A stretch of DNA of 62,771 bases, counting the filler, from Sphacelaria rigidula (lineage: Eukaryota): assembly GCA_964200075.2 (NCBI GenBank). It is 6 parts of 6 records of this genome, joined end to end, with 100 filler letters (N's around TTAATTAATTAA, not from the genome) between each part and the next. Parts side by side here need not be neighbours in the genome. Positions count along the whole stretch, not along the records: positions 10,480 to 20,858 come from CAXNAA020006612.1; positions 20,959 to 31,337 come from CAXNAA020006613.1; 4 more parts are not named here. One strand, given 5' to 3'. A model generated the notes under the pieces. The model had not been told where the DNA came from, did not search any database, and saw only the letters and a list, made by a program, of their open reading frames with translations. Shown piece after piece: positions 13,521 through 25,518 of this stretch. The translations under genes were made by a program, and so were the position numbers. Positions within the stretch are counted from its first letter, which is position 1, and every line of letters begins with the position of its first letter.

Positions 13521-16500
13521 CTTCCACACACCAAAGAGCAACGACAGCCAAGTAAAAAGCACATCAACAAGATGGCGTGGTAATACTGAGAGTCATCTCA
13601 TATTAGTAGCATCACCCAGTCACTGAACACCCGACAAAGACACAATGAGAACGGTGGAAAACAGACAGCCTTGCACCAAGCTTGTTTTGGGACCGAGACA
13701 GTATCCACGCGTAGAACCCCATGAAAGTTGGAGAGATCTTTCGCCAATGACGCCAATAATATACACCTGAAAACGATCTGCGTAACTGTTGTCGTGAAAC
13801 ATCAAGATTGCTGACAAGGGTCGACGAATGCCGAGTTTATGAAATATTTACCGATTGAGTCAATGCCAGCAGCGGAATATGGGGACACGATTAACGATGA
13901 TAGCAACGGATGTTCGAAAACATGTTCCGGAGATGGCGGAAATGGTAGTAGGTCCCTCCAGCAAGTACCAGCACGGTGTACTACACGTGCGAAAAATGAA
14001 ACCCAGTGGTGTTCGGGTGGGTGGTCGTCGGGAAGAAAGGGTTCACTCGGTGTGTAAAGCAGGGTTTTGCAAATGTGGGGGTCCCGTTCGTGTCTGGCAA
14101 TGGTATGAATTATCAAAATGAACGAGCTGGAAGCCGGCTACAACGTGCGTACTTTGAAGTATATAATTTCAACAGGTGCAATCGAATGTGTTGTACGAGA
14201 AAAAACACGATAGAGACGAATATTGCGTGTGGGGAACGGGAAAAATCACACAATGATGTTCAAAAGAGGAGGCATCAGATCGAGGAGAATAATGACTGCC
14301 CGAGAGAACATCTTCGAACAAGTTCATGCTGCAAAAAGCTTCGGGGACATGCGCGAGCGGGTGAGCTACAATCATAGGCGTGTGAGCGACGACACAATAA
14401 GGATCGAAGGCACAATGTGAGAGCCGAGAAACGGAGTCCTGAGTCGTCCTCGCTCGGAATGCTACGTGCCTGTGTTGTTCCAGAGAACATGGATGCAATT
14501 CAGCAATCAGAGGTCACGGATAAATCGCTGATCGCTCGCTACCGCGGTATTAGATTTCCTTCAACCATTGGTTATGCTCCTCCAAAGACATTTACCGCCG
14601 GCCCGCTGTCCATTGCCTTTTTCGCGATTGGATTGCACCTGTCTTGCAGCACAGTCCGTGGCACTCCACTCTTATCCTGCAAACCACTGTTGCAGGATGT
14701 AAAAAAAAAACGGGCCCGCCCATATCTATACTAATGTATGTGTACGAAGTAGATATTGACATATCCACGACTTTCATCTTTGCTCTCTCAGGGTTAATTT
14801 GCGATGAATCCCTATGCCTAGTGTGTGACTCTTTCGGGTAAAAAGCGGCTATATGTACGGCTCCAACGGTGTCATCGTGGCGCCTTTGACGTTACATATA
14901 CTGCACTGACCTCTAGCACTATGCTAGGCCTCTCCGTATGCACGAAACGCTAGAGGTATAATGGAGCTCGACAGTGTCTCCCATGTGAGGCGCTTCATGC
15001 AGTCTAAAACACAAAACACGTGGCACCAGTGTCCGAGAAGCCAAAGCGTTACCTTCCTGCTACAACGCGTGCTCGCCGTCCATCGCTGTCTGGAACTAAT
15101 ACGGAAATACTGATCAAACGACCTATTATAGCTCCTGATCCGGATCAGAACTCTAATAATAAGTAATATCCAGGTAGCTCATGACCTGTCCGACGTGTAC
15201 ACTTTTGAGACTGGTACGGGGGGTTCATGGCGGCATTACTCACCTGCTGATGACACACGTTGGCTACAGAATGTTACGTAGAAGCCGCTGGAGCTTGCCA
15301 GCAAAGTTTATCTCGGTGGGCAAGAATCTCATTCTGCCGTTGAAATCGCTACCTACTTCCGTGCTTGTCGTAGTGGTAAACCATGCTGGCGACGGTTTCC
15401 ATGCCCGGAAAGCGAGAAAACGCATTGTATGTACCCCTTCCACTTTCTGAGTTCTATCATGAACGCCTTTGCAAACGATCCACGTTTATGATGATATTGT
15501 TACAGATGATTCAAGCGGCTCATCACGGGGAGCCCATTTAAAAGGAAGATCAACTCAAGCGATGCAATCAATGTGCAAAATTCTCAACTACGCACACATA
15601 TACCTGCCGCTGTTTAATGGGAGAGCAATCAGCGGCGCATATTGTCGCAACGAGGGAAGTGGTGGCTTCGCCCCCCTCGCGACATGCGACCTTTAGAACA
15701 CTCAGGTCTTCTCCCGAAAAGGTCGTCAACGACATCAGATCAGCCTTCTTATTTTAGCACCTATACAAACCAGCGGCAAACAGGCATGTACGGAAAGAGA
15801 GAAGTACGCAAAAAGTAAGTTGAGAAGAGGCGTTTCGAGGCAGCATTCATCTACTGCCGCTAAAATCACGGGGATCTTCGCCGACCGTATACTTTATGCA
15901 ATTGATGAATGCATGTAGTGTTTTTGGCGCATCATCGCACGGCAAATGGAGCACATACATGCATACATGATGAACGAGCACATACAGACACGGGAACAGT
16001 CTACTGCGATGGGGGCTACGCTTCTCTGCGCTCCATGGACGGGTTATTTGATTACCAAGAATGCATGCGGGTACCCAACTTGTCGGAGAGTACTGATAAA
16101 ACCTTCCATCGATGTGAGCCACTTCAAAACTCGAACCATTGCGCCGATTATATCGTTTTCAGAACAAAGACGCGGGTGATGATGGGCAAAGGAGAGTGAT
16201 ATACTGTACGAGTATGTTTCTTCAATATCAGAGATGGAAGCCACGTATAAGACAAACCCAAGTATGAGACAAACCCACACCAGCTTGCTGCTAAGTCAAC
16301 AACCAGGCTTGCAGAAGCCATTCCAACTGCAGTAAGCAGACACGGTTTTGCGTGTGCTGTTGTTTCCGCTGATTTTGACTTACTTCTTCGAATAGGTACA
16401 GCCTGTGCTAATCTTCGAGCCATTTCTGACAGGCGCTGCTCATAGGATGATTGCGATGAATGGCACCATAACCGGTTACAAAGGAGGGCACAGCATGCCA

Positions 16501-17009
16501 GAGAGACCGCTGTCACGATACGGTATACGAAGTACAACACGAATGATTAGGCTCTTTGAAAGAAGGCACTCTGGTGGACTGTTGTCACTGGTTGCCCGCA
16601 AGCATTCCCAGTCCCCGATGGAGAGGAGTACCATTCGTCGGTGATACAGATACCTCGTCAACTCAACACTTTGAAGTCTGACGACGTGAGAGAATGTTGG
16701 CTCCAAAATCGCTTTTGGCTGGACTTGAACGTGGACTGTGCCTAGGCATCTACGTTCTCGTTACCTCCGTACTGACATAAAATGCCGAACTCTCCTGGGC
16801 TACGTCGTTTAGTGGAAGAACTAAAGATATACGCGCAATTTGTGGATCACCAGCAGGTTGACTGCAAAACAAATCGAGGGAAAATATCCATGCCGCGAAT
16901 GGAACAAAGCGATAGAAGTTAGACTATCTCATAAATACTGGGACGTCAAAGCGTACTCGACTTGGCCTCACAATCAAATAGCATGTACCGTCCGTATCAC
17001 ATTTACGGT

Positions 17010-17229
17010 TTTTGTCCACGTTTCGTTTCTTTTGGTCCGTTGGTTGTGTTCGTTTTTCTTTTCCCGTTTGCTGCCCTCTGTTCTACCTTCCTGTTTTCTT
17101 CACCTGTCTTCAGCGAGTGTTTTCTTTTGTTTTTCTAAAGTACGATTATCGTGTGATCACGGTTGGATCTCTGGGGGATGAGCTGGTGTGCGAAGATCAA
17201 TCAAACCAACCAATCAATCGATCGATCAA
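17010..17229 (+). mobile_element. Diverged LINE-like 3' end with (CAAT)n-type tail
   Basis: T-rich UTR + GATCACGGTTGGATCTCTGGGGGAT + ATCAATCAAACCAACCAATCAATC. Confidence 0.5.
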
Positions 17230-17245
17230 ACTCTGTACATTTTTG

Positions 17246-18944
17246 CAAGGTTGTGTTCTGAAGGGTACAGTTTTCGGTATACCCGGGGTATTTTCCCAGG
17301 TATCTACCGCACGTGACAGCCATGTGTAAGACTTCTTTAGCGGTACCCGGCAGTTCTGTACACTATGTACGACTTTCAAACCCTTACCCGATACCTCTGT
17401 GAGTTCTGTAAGCCTCCCGTATCGTTGCCGAGGGCACGGGTATCATCTTGATAAAATATCCGTTGTCGCGGGGGCGGTTTTCTGTGCAACTCCAATACCC
17501 TGCTCAATAGCTCTGTGAGCTCCGTAAGCCTCCCATAGATTTACCCCACAGTTCCGTGAGTTCTCTACAGAATGCTCATCCATACCCGAGGCGCGGGCAT
17601 GCCCTTGAAGAAATATCCGATTGCCGGTACGGTTTTCTGTATGCCTCCCATAGTCTACCCGACAAGGTTTGTAATTTCTCAAAGACTTTGATATCGGTAT
17701 CCGACAGTTGTGTAATTTTTGTAAGACTTTCATGACGGTGCTCGATATTTCTATGAGTTAAGTAAGCCTCCCATACCCCTATCCGGGCTCAGGGTATACC
17801 ACTGTAGATATATCCGATGCAGGTACGAGTACAGATATATACCTTGGGGAGGTATGGATATAGGTTCTGTCCAAGCACAGCCTCACGAACTGAACATGAA
17901 CGTACCTCATCAATCAACACACCCACCTCCTTCATTCAACATTGCACAACAACAATAATTCACAGTCGTGAAGTTTGTAATCTGACGGGTTATGAGGCCC
18001 TCCTGAGTGGAAACACGAAGCATGAGCAGCACTGTAGACCGCCAGGCTGGATCACCCCTAGACTCGAGAGGGGGCTCGAGCGGGGCGATTCATCTTCGCC
18101 ACCATGGGGACCAAGTAGCAAGACACTGGTCATCGACGTTGTTGACGGTGGTTGGGTCGTGGTCATTAAACCTCACACCATTATCGACATGCACGGCAAA
18201 GAGTACGAGCTACCACCGGAAATTGTCAAGGCCGTCGCCGATTTTGTGGTGTCGAACGGCTTCCAGAGAGCGGGCAGCCGTGAAAGCTTCTTCATGTATT
18301 TTCTGGGAGTGTACGTGAAGCCGAGAGATGCTGATGATCCCATGCACATGCACTACTGCATGGCAAGCCCAACCTGCCGCATGTATACCCGTATCCGATA
18401 GCTCTTACCCAAATATTTGGGTGAGGGTACGATTTTCTGTATGCCGCCCATACGTTCACCCGACAGTTCTGCGACATCTGCAAGACTTCCATGCCGGTAC
18501 CTGATAGTTCTGTAAACTCTGTCAGACTTTCATATCTTTACCCGATAGCTTTGTGAGTGCTGTAAGCCTCCCGACCGTTACCGGGAGCACGGTTATCCTC
18601 TTGATAAAATACCAGGTTGCGGGTACGGTTTTCTGTGCAATCTCCGTACCCGCCCGACAGCATACCCTTACCCGACAGTTCTGTGAGTTCTCTAAAGAAT
18701 GTTTACCCATACCCGGGGCGCGGGTATGCCCTTGAAGAAATACCCAATTGCCGGTACGGTTTTCTGTAAGCCTTCTATACCCTACCCGACAACTTCTGTA
18801 ATTTCTTGAAGACTTTCTAGCCGTTACCCGACAGTTGTATAATCTCTGTAAGATATTCATACTGGTTCCCGATTTTTCTGTAAGCTCTGTAAGGAATCTC
18901 ATACCCTGCAAAACATTCCCGAAAAACTACAGAGCACAACCTTG
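17246..18944 (+). mobile_element. Non-autonomous hAT-superfamily DNA transposon (1.7 kb)
   Basis: TIRs CAAGGTTGTGTTCTG / CAGAGCACAACCTTG (14/15 match). 8-bp TSD CATTTTTG (17238-17245) / CAATTTTG (18945-18952). Dense subterminal TACCCG and TTCTGTAAG motifs, and an internal truncated ORF. Confidence 0.85.
18022..18385 (+). pseudogene. Truncated transposase-like N-terminus ending in half of a BED-like zinc finger
   Basis: ...DMHGKEYELPPEIVKAVADFVVSNGFQRAG...FMYFLGVYVKP...HYCMASPTCR inside the hAT TIRs, cut off by the subterminal repeat block. Confidence 0.5.
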
Positions 18945-19944
18945 CAATTTTGTACTGACTTCGAAACACGAAAAAACGGCTGGTTCACCCAAGGAGACGA
19001 ATAAGGTAGCAACTGTCTTCCGTACGTTGGAGAGCAAAAATAATGTACATCGCAAGTGTGGCACGAGGCCAGAGAGATTCGCTTGGATTCATGAGCAAGA
19101 GGCATGTGCAGCGGAACCGTCATCCTTACATTGTTGCATTTGGTTGGCGCTTCGACCGCATCTCCCATGCTCGAACTCTCAGCACAGAGTTGGTGATATG
19201 TACAACAACTTGATTTGTCTCAAGTCGTTCTTCACACTTTGAACCCCTCCCCTTCCGCGGGGTGAGTCCGTAGTCTTGCTGTGTGGAGAGAGATGTGGAG
19301 AAAGCCGAGACGCGTATCTACAAGCGCACCAATCCTCAACGCGATATATCCTTGCCACAAGATGAAAAGACGAGGTGAGGATGAAACCACGAGGAGAGGG
19401 AATCTCACAATTATGTGAGCCTGGGAGAGGCCGGGAGCACAATTTCAGGCTCATGCATGAGTGTAGTGAGAGACAGTATATCCAGGAAATCATGAAGTTT
19501 GTGAAAATTCGTTTCAGATGCCACCATGAAAGACGATCATCGTGTTTGTGCAATTTGTGAAGCTGTTTTGCCATGCTCTTCATCGCCGTCGTTTGTGCGG
19601 TGTGGTGGGTCAAACTCAGCCGGACCCCGTGTATGAGGTACCTATAATAATAATACCTTTCCATAGCTGTGGGTTAATAACCAGCATGGTTGTGATTTCA
19701 TACTTCTTTGCAGACTCTTTTGACTCCACCGCATATTGTATTTGGAGGGATGGGAAAACACGACATTTAGATCAGGCGGAACATTGAACATTGCTCCCCC
19801 CCCACATTTGTACCCCTTGACTGGGGTACAAGAGGCAAAAGTGGTTGTGGGGAGAAAAAGTAAGAGACTGATTTTGACATTTGCATTCCGTCGACATACG
19901 CTCGATAGATAACATTTCACACGTTGGACAGATCAGCGCCCTAT

Positions 19945-20262
19945 AGCCCGAGCTAGCTCTTTTTGAGCGTAGCTCCCTCGTGAGCTATGAGAGCTACATG
20001 AGCTACGCATGTTTTTCCTGGGGTGAGCTATGAGAGCTGTATGAGCTACGCATGTTTACCGTACGTAAGCTACCAACCCGTAGCTCATCAGCTCACATTC
20101 GTCCTGGGTGAGCTATGAGAGCTTCATGAGCTACGCATGTTTGTCCCGGATGAGCTACCAACCCGTAGCTCATCAGCTCATGTTCGCTCTGGGTGAGCTA
20201 TGAGAGATGCATGAGCTACACATGTTTGCCCTGGATGAGCTATGAGAGCTATGAGAGCTACG
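19945..20262. repeat. Degenerate tandem GAGCTA-rich repeat (probably TE subterminal)
   Basis: Repeated GGTGAGCTATGAGAGCT..ATGAGCTACGCATGTTT units and two copies of CCAACCCGTAGCTCATCAGCTCA. Confidence 0.85.
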
Positions 20263-20271
20263 ATTGCTTAT

Positions 20272-20378
20272 CCCTTTGACCGCGAGGGTAGGAGGTCTCT
20301 GAATCGGCATCATTCACACCTGAAAAATAAAGTGAATTATGCTGATTTATCAGATCGCCAACCCTCGCGGTCAAAGGG
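20272..20378. mobile_element. piggyBac-like micro-MITE (107 bp)
   Basis: Perfect 17-bp TIR CCCTTTGACCGCGAGGG / CCCTCGCGGTCAAAGGG with TTAA-like flanks (TTAT / CTAA). A diverged copy starts at 20383. Confidence 0.65.
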
Positions 20379-20527
20379 CTAACCCCTTGACGGCGAGCAT
20401 AGGTCATCTGCTGAATCGGCTTCAATTTCACTTGAAAGACGTATGCATGACGAGATGGACTCGTACCCTCGCGGCCAACCGATCAAAATAAATGGATCGG
20501 TCGATTACTGTAGACACAGAATATTAA

Positions 20528-20666
20528 CCCTTTGGGAACCAGACCCCCACGGAGTGCTGATTTTTGTTTTGGTGAATCGGCATCATTTGCAGTCATTTTC
20601 AAGTCAAAATGATGCCCACTCACAGAGATTCACAAAACAAAAATCAGCACTTTAGTTTCCAAAGGG
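20528..20666. mobile_element. piggyBac-like MITE (139 bp)
   Basis: TTAA|CCCTTTGG...CCAAAGGG|TCAA, with internal inverted arms AGTGCTGATTTTTGTTTTG / CAAAACAAAAATCAGCACT. Confidence 0.65.
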
Positions 20667-20858
20667 TCAATACCTTTTTTTAACCATCCGACCAAGCGAA
20701 CGAGGATATGTGTTGGCTTCTCTACTTCCTTCCTATCGCGAAGAGTGAGGCGGAACATCACAACCAAATAGTATGTGGAGCCGTCCGTTCGAACAAGAAT
20801 GCTACTTCCTCTGGGGCGAAATATAAGCTCGTTTGGAAAAGCGCAAAATATAAGCTCG

Positions 20859-20958
20859 NNNNNNNNNNNNNNNNNNNNNNNNNNNNNNNNNNNNNNNNNN
20901 NNTTAATTAATTAANNNNNNNNNNNNNNNNNNNNNNNNNNNNNNNNNNNNNNNNNNNN
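20859..20958. other. Artificial contig spacer
   Basis: Same 100-bp N/TTAATTAATTAA linker. Confidence 0.98.
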
Positions 20959-23254
20959 ACCGCAAAAAAAACGCAAGAGCGCAAAAAAAAGCGGTAACCT
21001 GGTTGCCTAGCTTACGTACTGTGGGGGTGGGGCGATATACAAACTACAGAGCACAATACAACGGCAGGCCTCCCTTGAAGGCCGCCGCCCCATTCGCCAT
21101 GAACAACCGCCGTAAATGCCGATCACCATGACACTCTGGTTTCAGTGTCACACGCCGTAGATTGTCGGCCGAACGGGCGGCGGGACTATCCATGTTTACA
21201 GCCGCCTCATCAACATTGAAAAAGTTCACCGCTTGTAGTAAGTCTCGCACAGAAAAAAAGCGGGTTTGACGACAAAGGAAGCATGGAACGAACATACGTA
21301 ATGTTGACCATATATCTACCATCGCTTGTAGGTTTTTCGTACTGACTGTCCACCCGAGGACATCCGCACACACGTATTCTAGTCCGTCAATTTCGCAGAC
21401 GACAACAATGGTGGGGTAGCTACGCGTGTCTTACGCAGTAGACACAAACAGGCGATCAAAAATCGAATAGCGCGTAGTCATTGCCGAGTACCCCTAAAGC
21501 AACAAAGCTTGACCAGTATCAAATCATTTGCGGAATACCGCACGAATCGCTGCCACCACCCCCTGTGTCAGCAATACAGGTGTTATCGTGTGGGATATGT
21601 GCGTTTCAAGCCACCGCTATCCTAACGTCCGCGGTTTTGATTTTCTGCGTGCCAACACCTTGGCACCGTCACGCGTCCAGCCGCGCGGCGCTGGCCTCCG
21701 CCCCGACCCCGTCCACCGTTTCCACCTCGTGATCCCCCGTCAATCGACCTGCCGGGACCTACCCCTCCACGTGCAACTATCTTCTCGCTTCAGCGGTTCA
21801 TTCGCAATCATCGTCCAGCCAATCCTAGCAGAAACTTACATTCTTCACCTTCGGCCGTTCTCGTCGCTGCCGCGTTTGGTGGCGCCGACTCTCTGTTCGT
21901 CTTCGTCAAACGTCGCCTTGATCAATGCCTGCCAGCCTCGTGGAAACCCCGTGACTTGGCAAAGGACGGCGCCGGCGCCGACCCCTCCAGGTAGCCGTCA
22001 GTCCGTGCCTCGGCCAGAGACCCTATTCAGTCGACCGCCACCACGTCATGTCCTCGACACCCAACTGCAATTGGGTACTTATGAAGACCTGGATTGTGAT
22101 GCCCGATTAAAGTTCGTGTATGTACGCAGCCTTGGCACCAGTTGATACCTGGTTGAAAACGTGCATAGAGTCTGCACGCGAGGTCTGCGACCGTTCATGA
22201 TAATTTGTTAGGTGCCGTCCCCACCCCGTGCACGCACGTCAATAATCACCATTCCCCCGACCGTCTGCTTCAGAATATCCAGGCGATCTTCAGGCGGCAC
22301 CACAGCTGACCAACGCATCCCGTTTCGTCCCCGTAGCTTTCACCTCGAACAGCGGCATGTTGCTCAGTGCGGGTGAAAGCCCCACCCGGAATTACGCCAT
22401 TGACCCCATCACGCTTTGGATGCTGGACTCATCTCCCCCCCCCCCCCCCCCCCCCCCCCCCGCGCGTTTTTGCGGGGCAAGAAAAGAAGCCCCCCAGAAC
22501 AAAAAAAAGAGGAAGACAAAAAGAGAAAAAAAAAAAANNNNNNNNNNCGTAGGGGGAACCCCCCCCCCCGGAATTACCCCATTACCCCCCCCCCCCTTTG
22601 GATGCTGGACCCCTCCCCCCCCCCCCCCCCCCGCCGCCATCCAATGTTATTTTCGAGCCAAATAAAAGTACACCCCAAAAAAAAATACAGGGAAGGAAAC
22701 GATGTGAAACAGTCATTGGCACAGTAAGTGGCGGTCAAATTTGCAGAGGATGTGTGTACTCGGCGGTGCGTATGTAATTGCCAGCACTCCCCACGCGTTG
22801 CATAAAAGAGTGTACCTATTGACTGACAGAGTCGCAAGTTTTTGTTTGCGGACGTGACAATGTTCTAATAGTCTGCTGTCAAATTCAACAGCGTACTGAA
22901 GAAGTGGTCGCCTCGTCGTTCAGAATCAAGTAAAACACGTCTGCATTGGTACACGTGGAAGAAATGTACATCTTCGCTTCAGTAGCAACTCTGATGCCAT
23001 TAGCTGTCAACCAAGTGTTGGATTTTTCTTTTCTAAGCCCTACTATAGAAGCCTGGTCCGGCGAAAACCCGACGTGCTTCGTCCCAGCTTTGTAGGGATG
23101 CGAGGTCAATGGTCATATGGCGATGTCATACAAGATTACGAGTGCACTATAATAGTAGCGCTGCATATGGCTGTACTCCTCACTACTACGAAGAAAAAAA
23201 CTCGATCATCACTCGCTGTACTGACCTACGCGCATGGATAATATCCCCTCGCAG

Positions 23255-25469
23255 ATTTTACGGCTGATGAATGTGAGGTGCCGGCCTGGATCCCTGGGAA
23301 AGCGTGAACTGTACAGGACGATGGTCGCGTTCGACCTAGCCTGCCGCGCCCTCAATTGCCCTGTACCACGCGGAACAATCGTGAAGCTCTCTTCTGCACC
23401 CGAAGCGGTGTATGCTGCCGCCCTCTGCACGGCGGAGCGTATGCTAGGCATGGGAAAACGGCTCACCTGCCAGGAAGTCGCAAAGGTAGCCACAGACATG
23501 AGGGTGGGCATCAAGGCTGCGGCGGAGATGAAAACGTACCAGGTGATGAGAGGAAGGATAGACAATGCGTACGTGTGAGGGGGTTCGGCCCACTCAATGT
23601 ATCGGTATACTCCCGTACGCGAGAATTGTAGTGAATACCTCTTAGGTTATGTCTGATACATCCATGAACGCTGTTGTTGTTTTCCCGGTCGTGTCGCCTT
23701 GATGGTTGAGAACGAAGTCTTTGACGGCTTTTCAGGGTGGAGATATCAACCACTATCAGTAAACACGCGATAAGACTCTCAGTCAGCGGAATAATCCAAT
23801 AGGTGTTTTTGTTCCGAAGTGCCGCACGATACAAGATGAAGAAAACGCGCAGATCTCTCAGCAAGTCTGAGCTCCATTACGGCTCGGTGGTCTCAAAATA
23901 CGTAGGGATGAACTCACCAGCAGACGTCATAGATGTGTGTGAGCGTTGACGGCATCCGAGGGAGACTTGTCGGGTTGGGGTGGTGACACGTGCCCTGTGA
24001 GATGTGACCAAATTATTGTGCTCGGGACCTGCTCGAGATAGGTTTCGGACAATATTCTAACGAGTCTCCGAAACAGACGAAGGTTAGCGTCGCCCCTGGA
24101 GGGACCTTATCGGGTGGTTCCTAGTTTGTGCTAGTGTTAACACCAATGCAAGGATTCGCCTCGCTTCCCAACCCTTTCGTTTCCAGGTGTAAGAGTCACA
24201 CATGTAGGCAGCCGGCGCAGCATGAATATTGGGATATTGTATGTACGCAGAGGGTATCATGTACCTAGTGTGGCGTACCAACCGCGCGCGACCGCGCTCG
24301 CTGATTTTCGAGTCTACGACCTGGCGTTGCCTTGTACCGTGTACTGTAACATGCTCTTTTTCGTTTTTTTTTCAGGCAAGATTCCGGGCTTCCTACCCTG
24401 CGAAACAAGTGGCTAGCCTCGACCTGGACAGCACGGTGTACGCAGTGGCCTGTGTGTATCTCTGCGCGAAGAAGCTGAAGGTGACGGCAATAGCAGCTGT
24501 GCAGCTTCAACAGAGAAGTGCACTGATATATTTTGCATAAAAGACCTCGGTGGACGAAGACGCTAAGTACGAGGAAAAACACAGGGAATGCGTTGCGCTT
24601 GACAGCAACTGTGCTTTTGGTGTGGCTTACCCGCCTGATGGTACCTTCGGCACCGAGTATGATGATCTTTGTCAAGAAGAATCGTACCTATATAGCGTGC
24701 GGTAGTGCGGCTTGCTCTTCGAACGTGGCAGGTCGGCCATTTATCTCACTCTTTTGCTGCTGCACTATTGTTCACCGCGGTTGTCAGCTGCGGATAGCTT
24801 TGAGGAGAGCGGCAGTGCGCTGGCCATGAGCCCGATATTCTCGTGAAAACGCCCCCTTCGACGCACGCTATGCTACCGTAATACTAGTCTTTCCCCTTTT
24901 TATGTCGCCTTCTTGCCTGCAGCACCCGGTGAACAAGCAACGATTGCTGGAGCTTGCCGTCGCTCGTGAAGAAGAGTTTGACAAAGTCTGCCGGAGTATG
25001 CTGGTGCGGGTCTGTGTGTGGTAGTGTAATCAGCATTGCTGTGAGCTTGGTACTGTATAACTCTTCTTGTGATTCAATAGACAAGGCAGACATCAAGCCA
25101 TGCTTTTGCACCCGGTCACGGCGGTCATGCTTTTCTCCCGTCGATTGGGTGGGCTGGCCCAACGGCATTCCTGGCGTGTTGCATCGTATTGTCGGGGTGA
25201 CCACGGCACGTCGAGCGTAAGTTGCCGAGCTTTACACGTAATGGCGGGACTGTTCGCGCTTTTGCCGTTGCTACCACGAGCCGACGTCGAGGAGCCCCAA
25301 TATCGCTCAGGAGACACTTTAGAGACCGGTTCTTCGTTGCTGTTTCCAATATACCGGTTCCATGGTTTTGTTGTTGTTTTCCCTTGGTGCGGTGTCGATT
25401 CGAGCAGGACTTATGTTACAGCACTCTTGGTGTCTCGGTGAGCGACAATCTCAAATTAAAGCAACAAGC

Positions 25470-25518
<49 letters not shown>

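Noticed and set aside
19945-20262. GAGCTA array as CRISPR or iterons
   Set aside because: Irregular period and internally repetitive; fits a TE subterminal or satellite repeat.
21044-22145. ORFs 21044..21373 and 21528..22145 as the ORC6 first exon or a divergent gene
   Set aside because: No ORC6 N-terminal similarity and no consistent open, spliceable frame found; left unassigned.
22357-22727. Pro/Lys-rich ORFs and an apparent tandem duplication
   Set aside because: An error-laden duplicate of 22380-22440 flanks a 10-N gap (22538-22547); scaffolding artifact.
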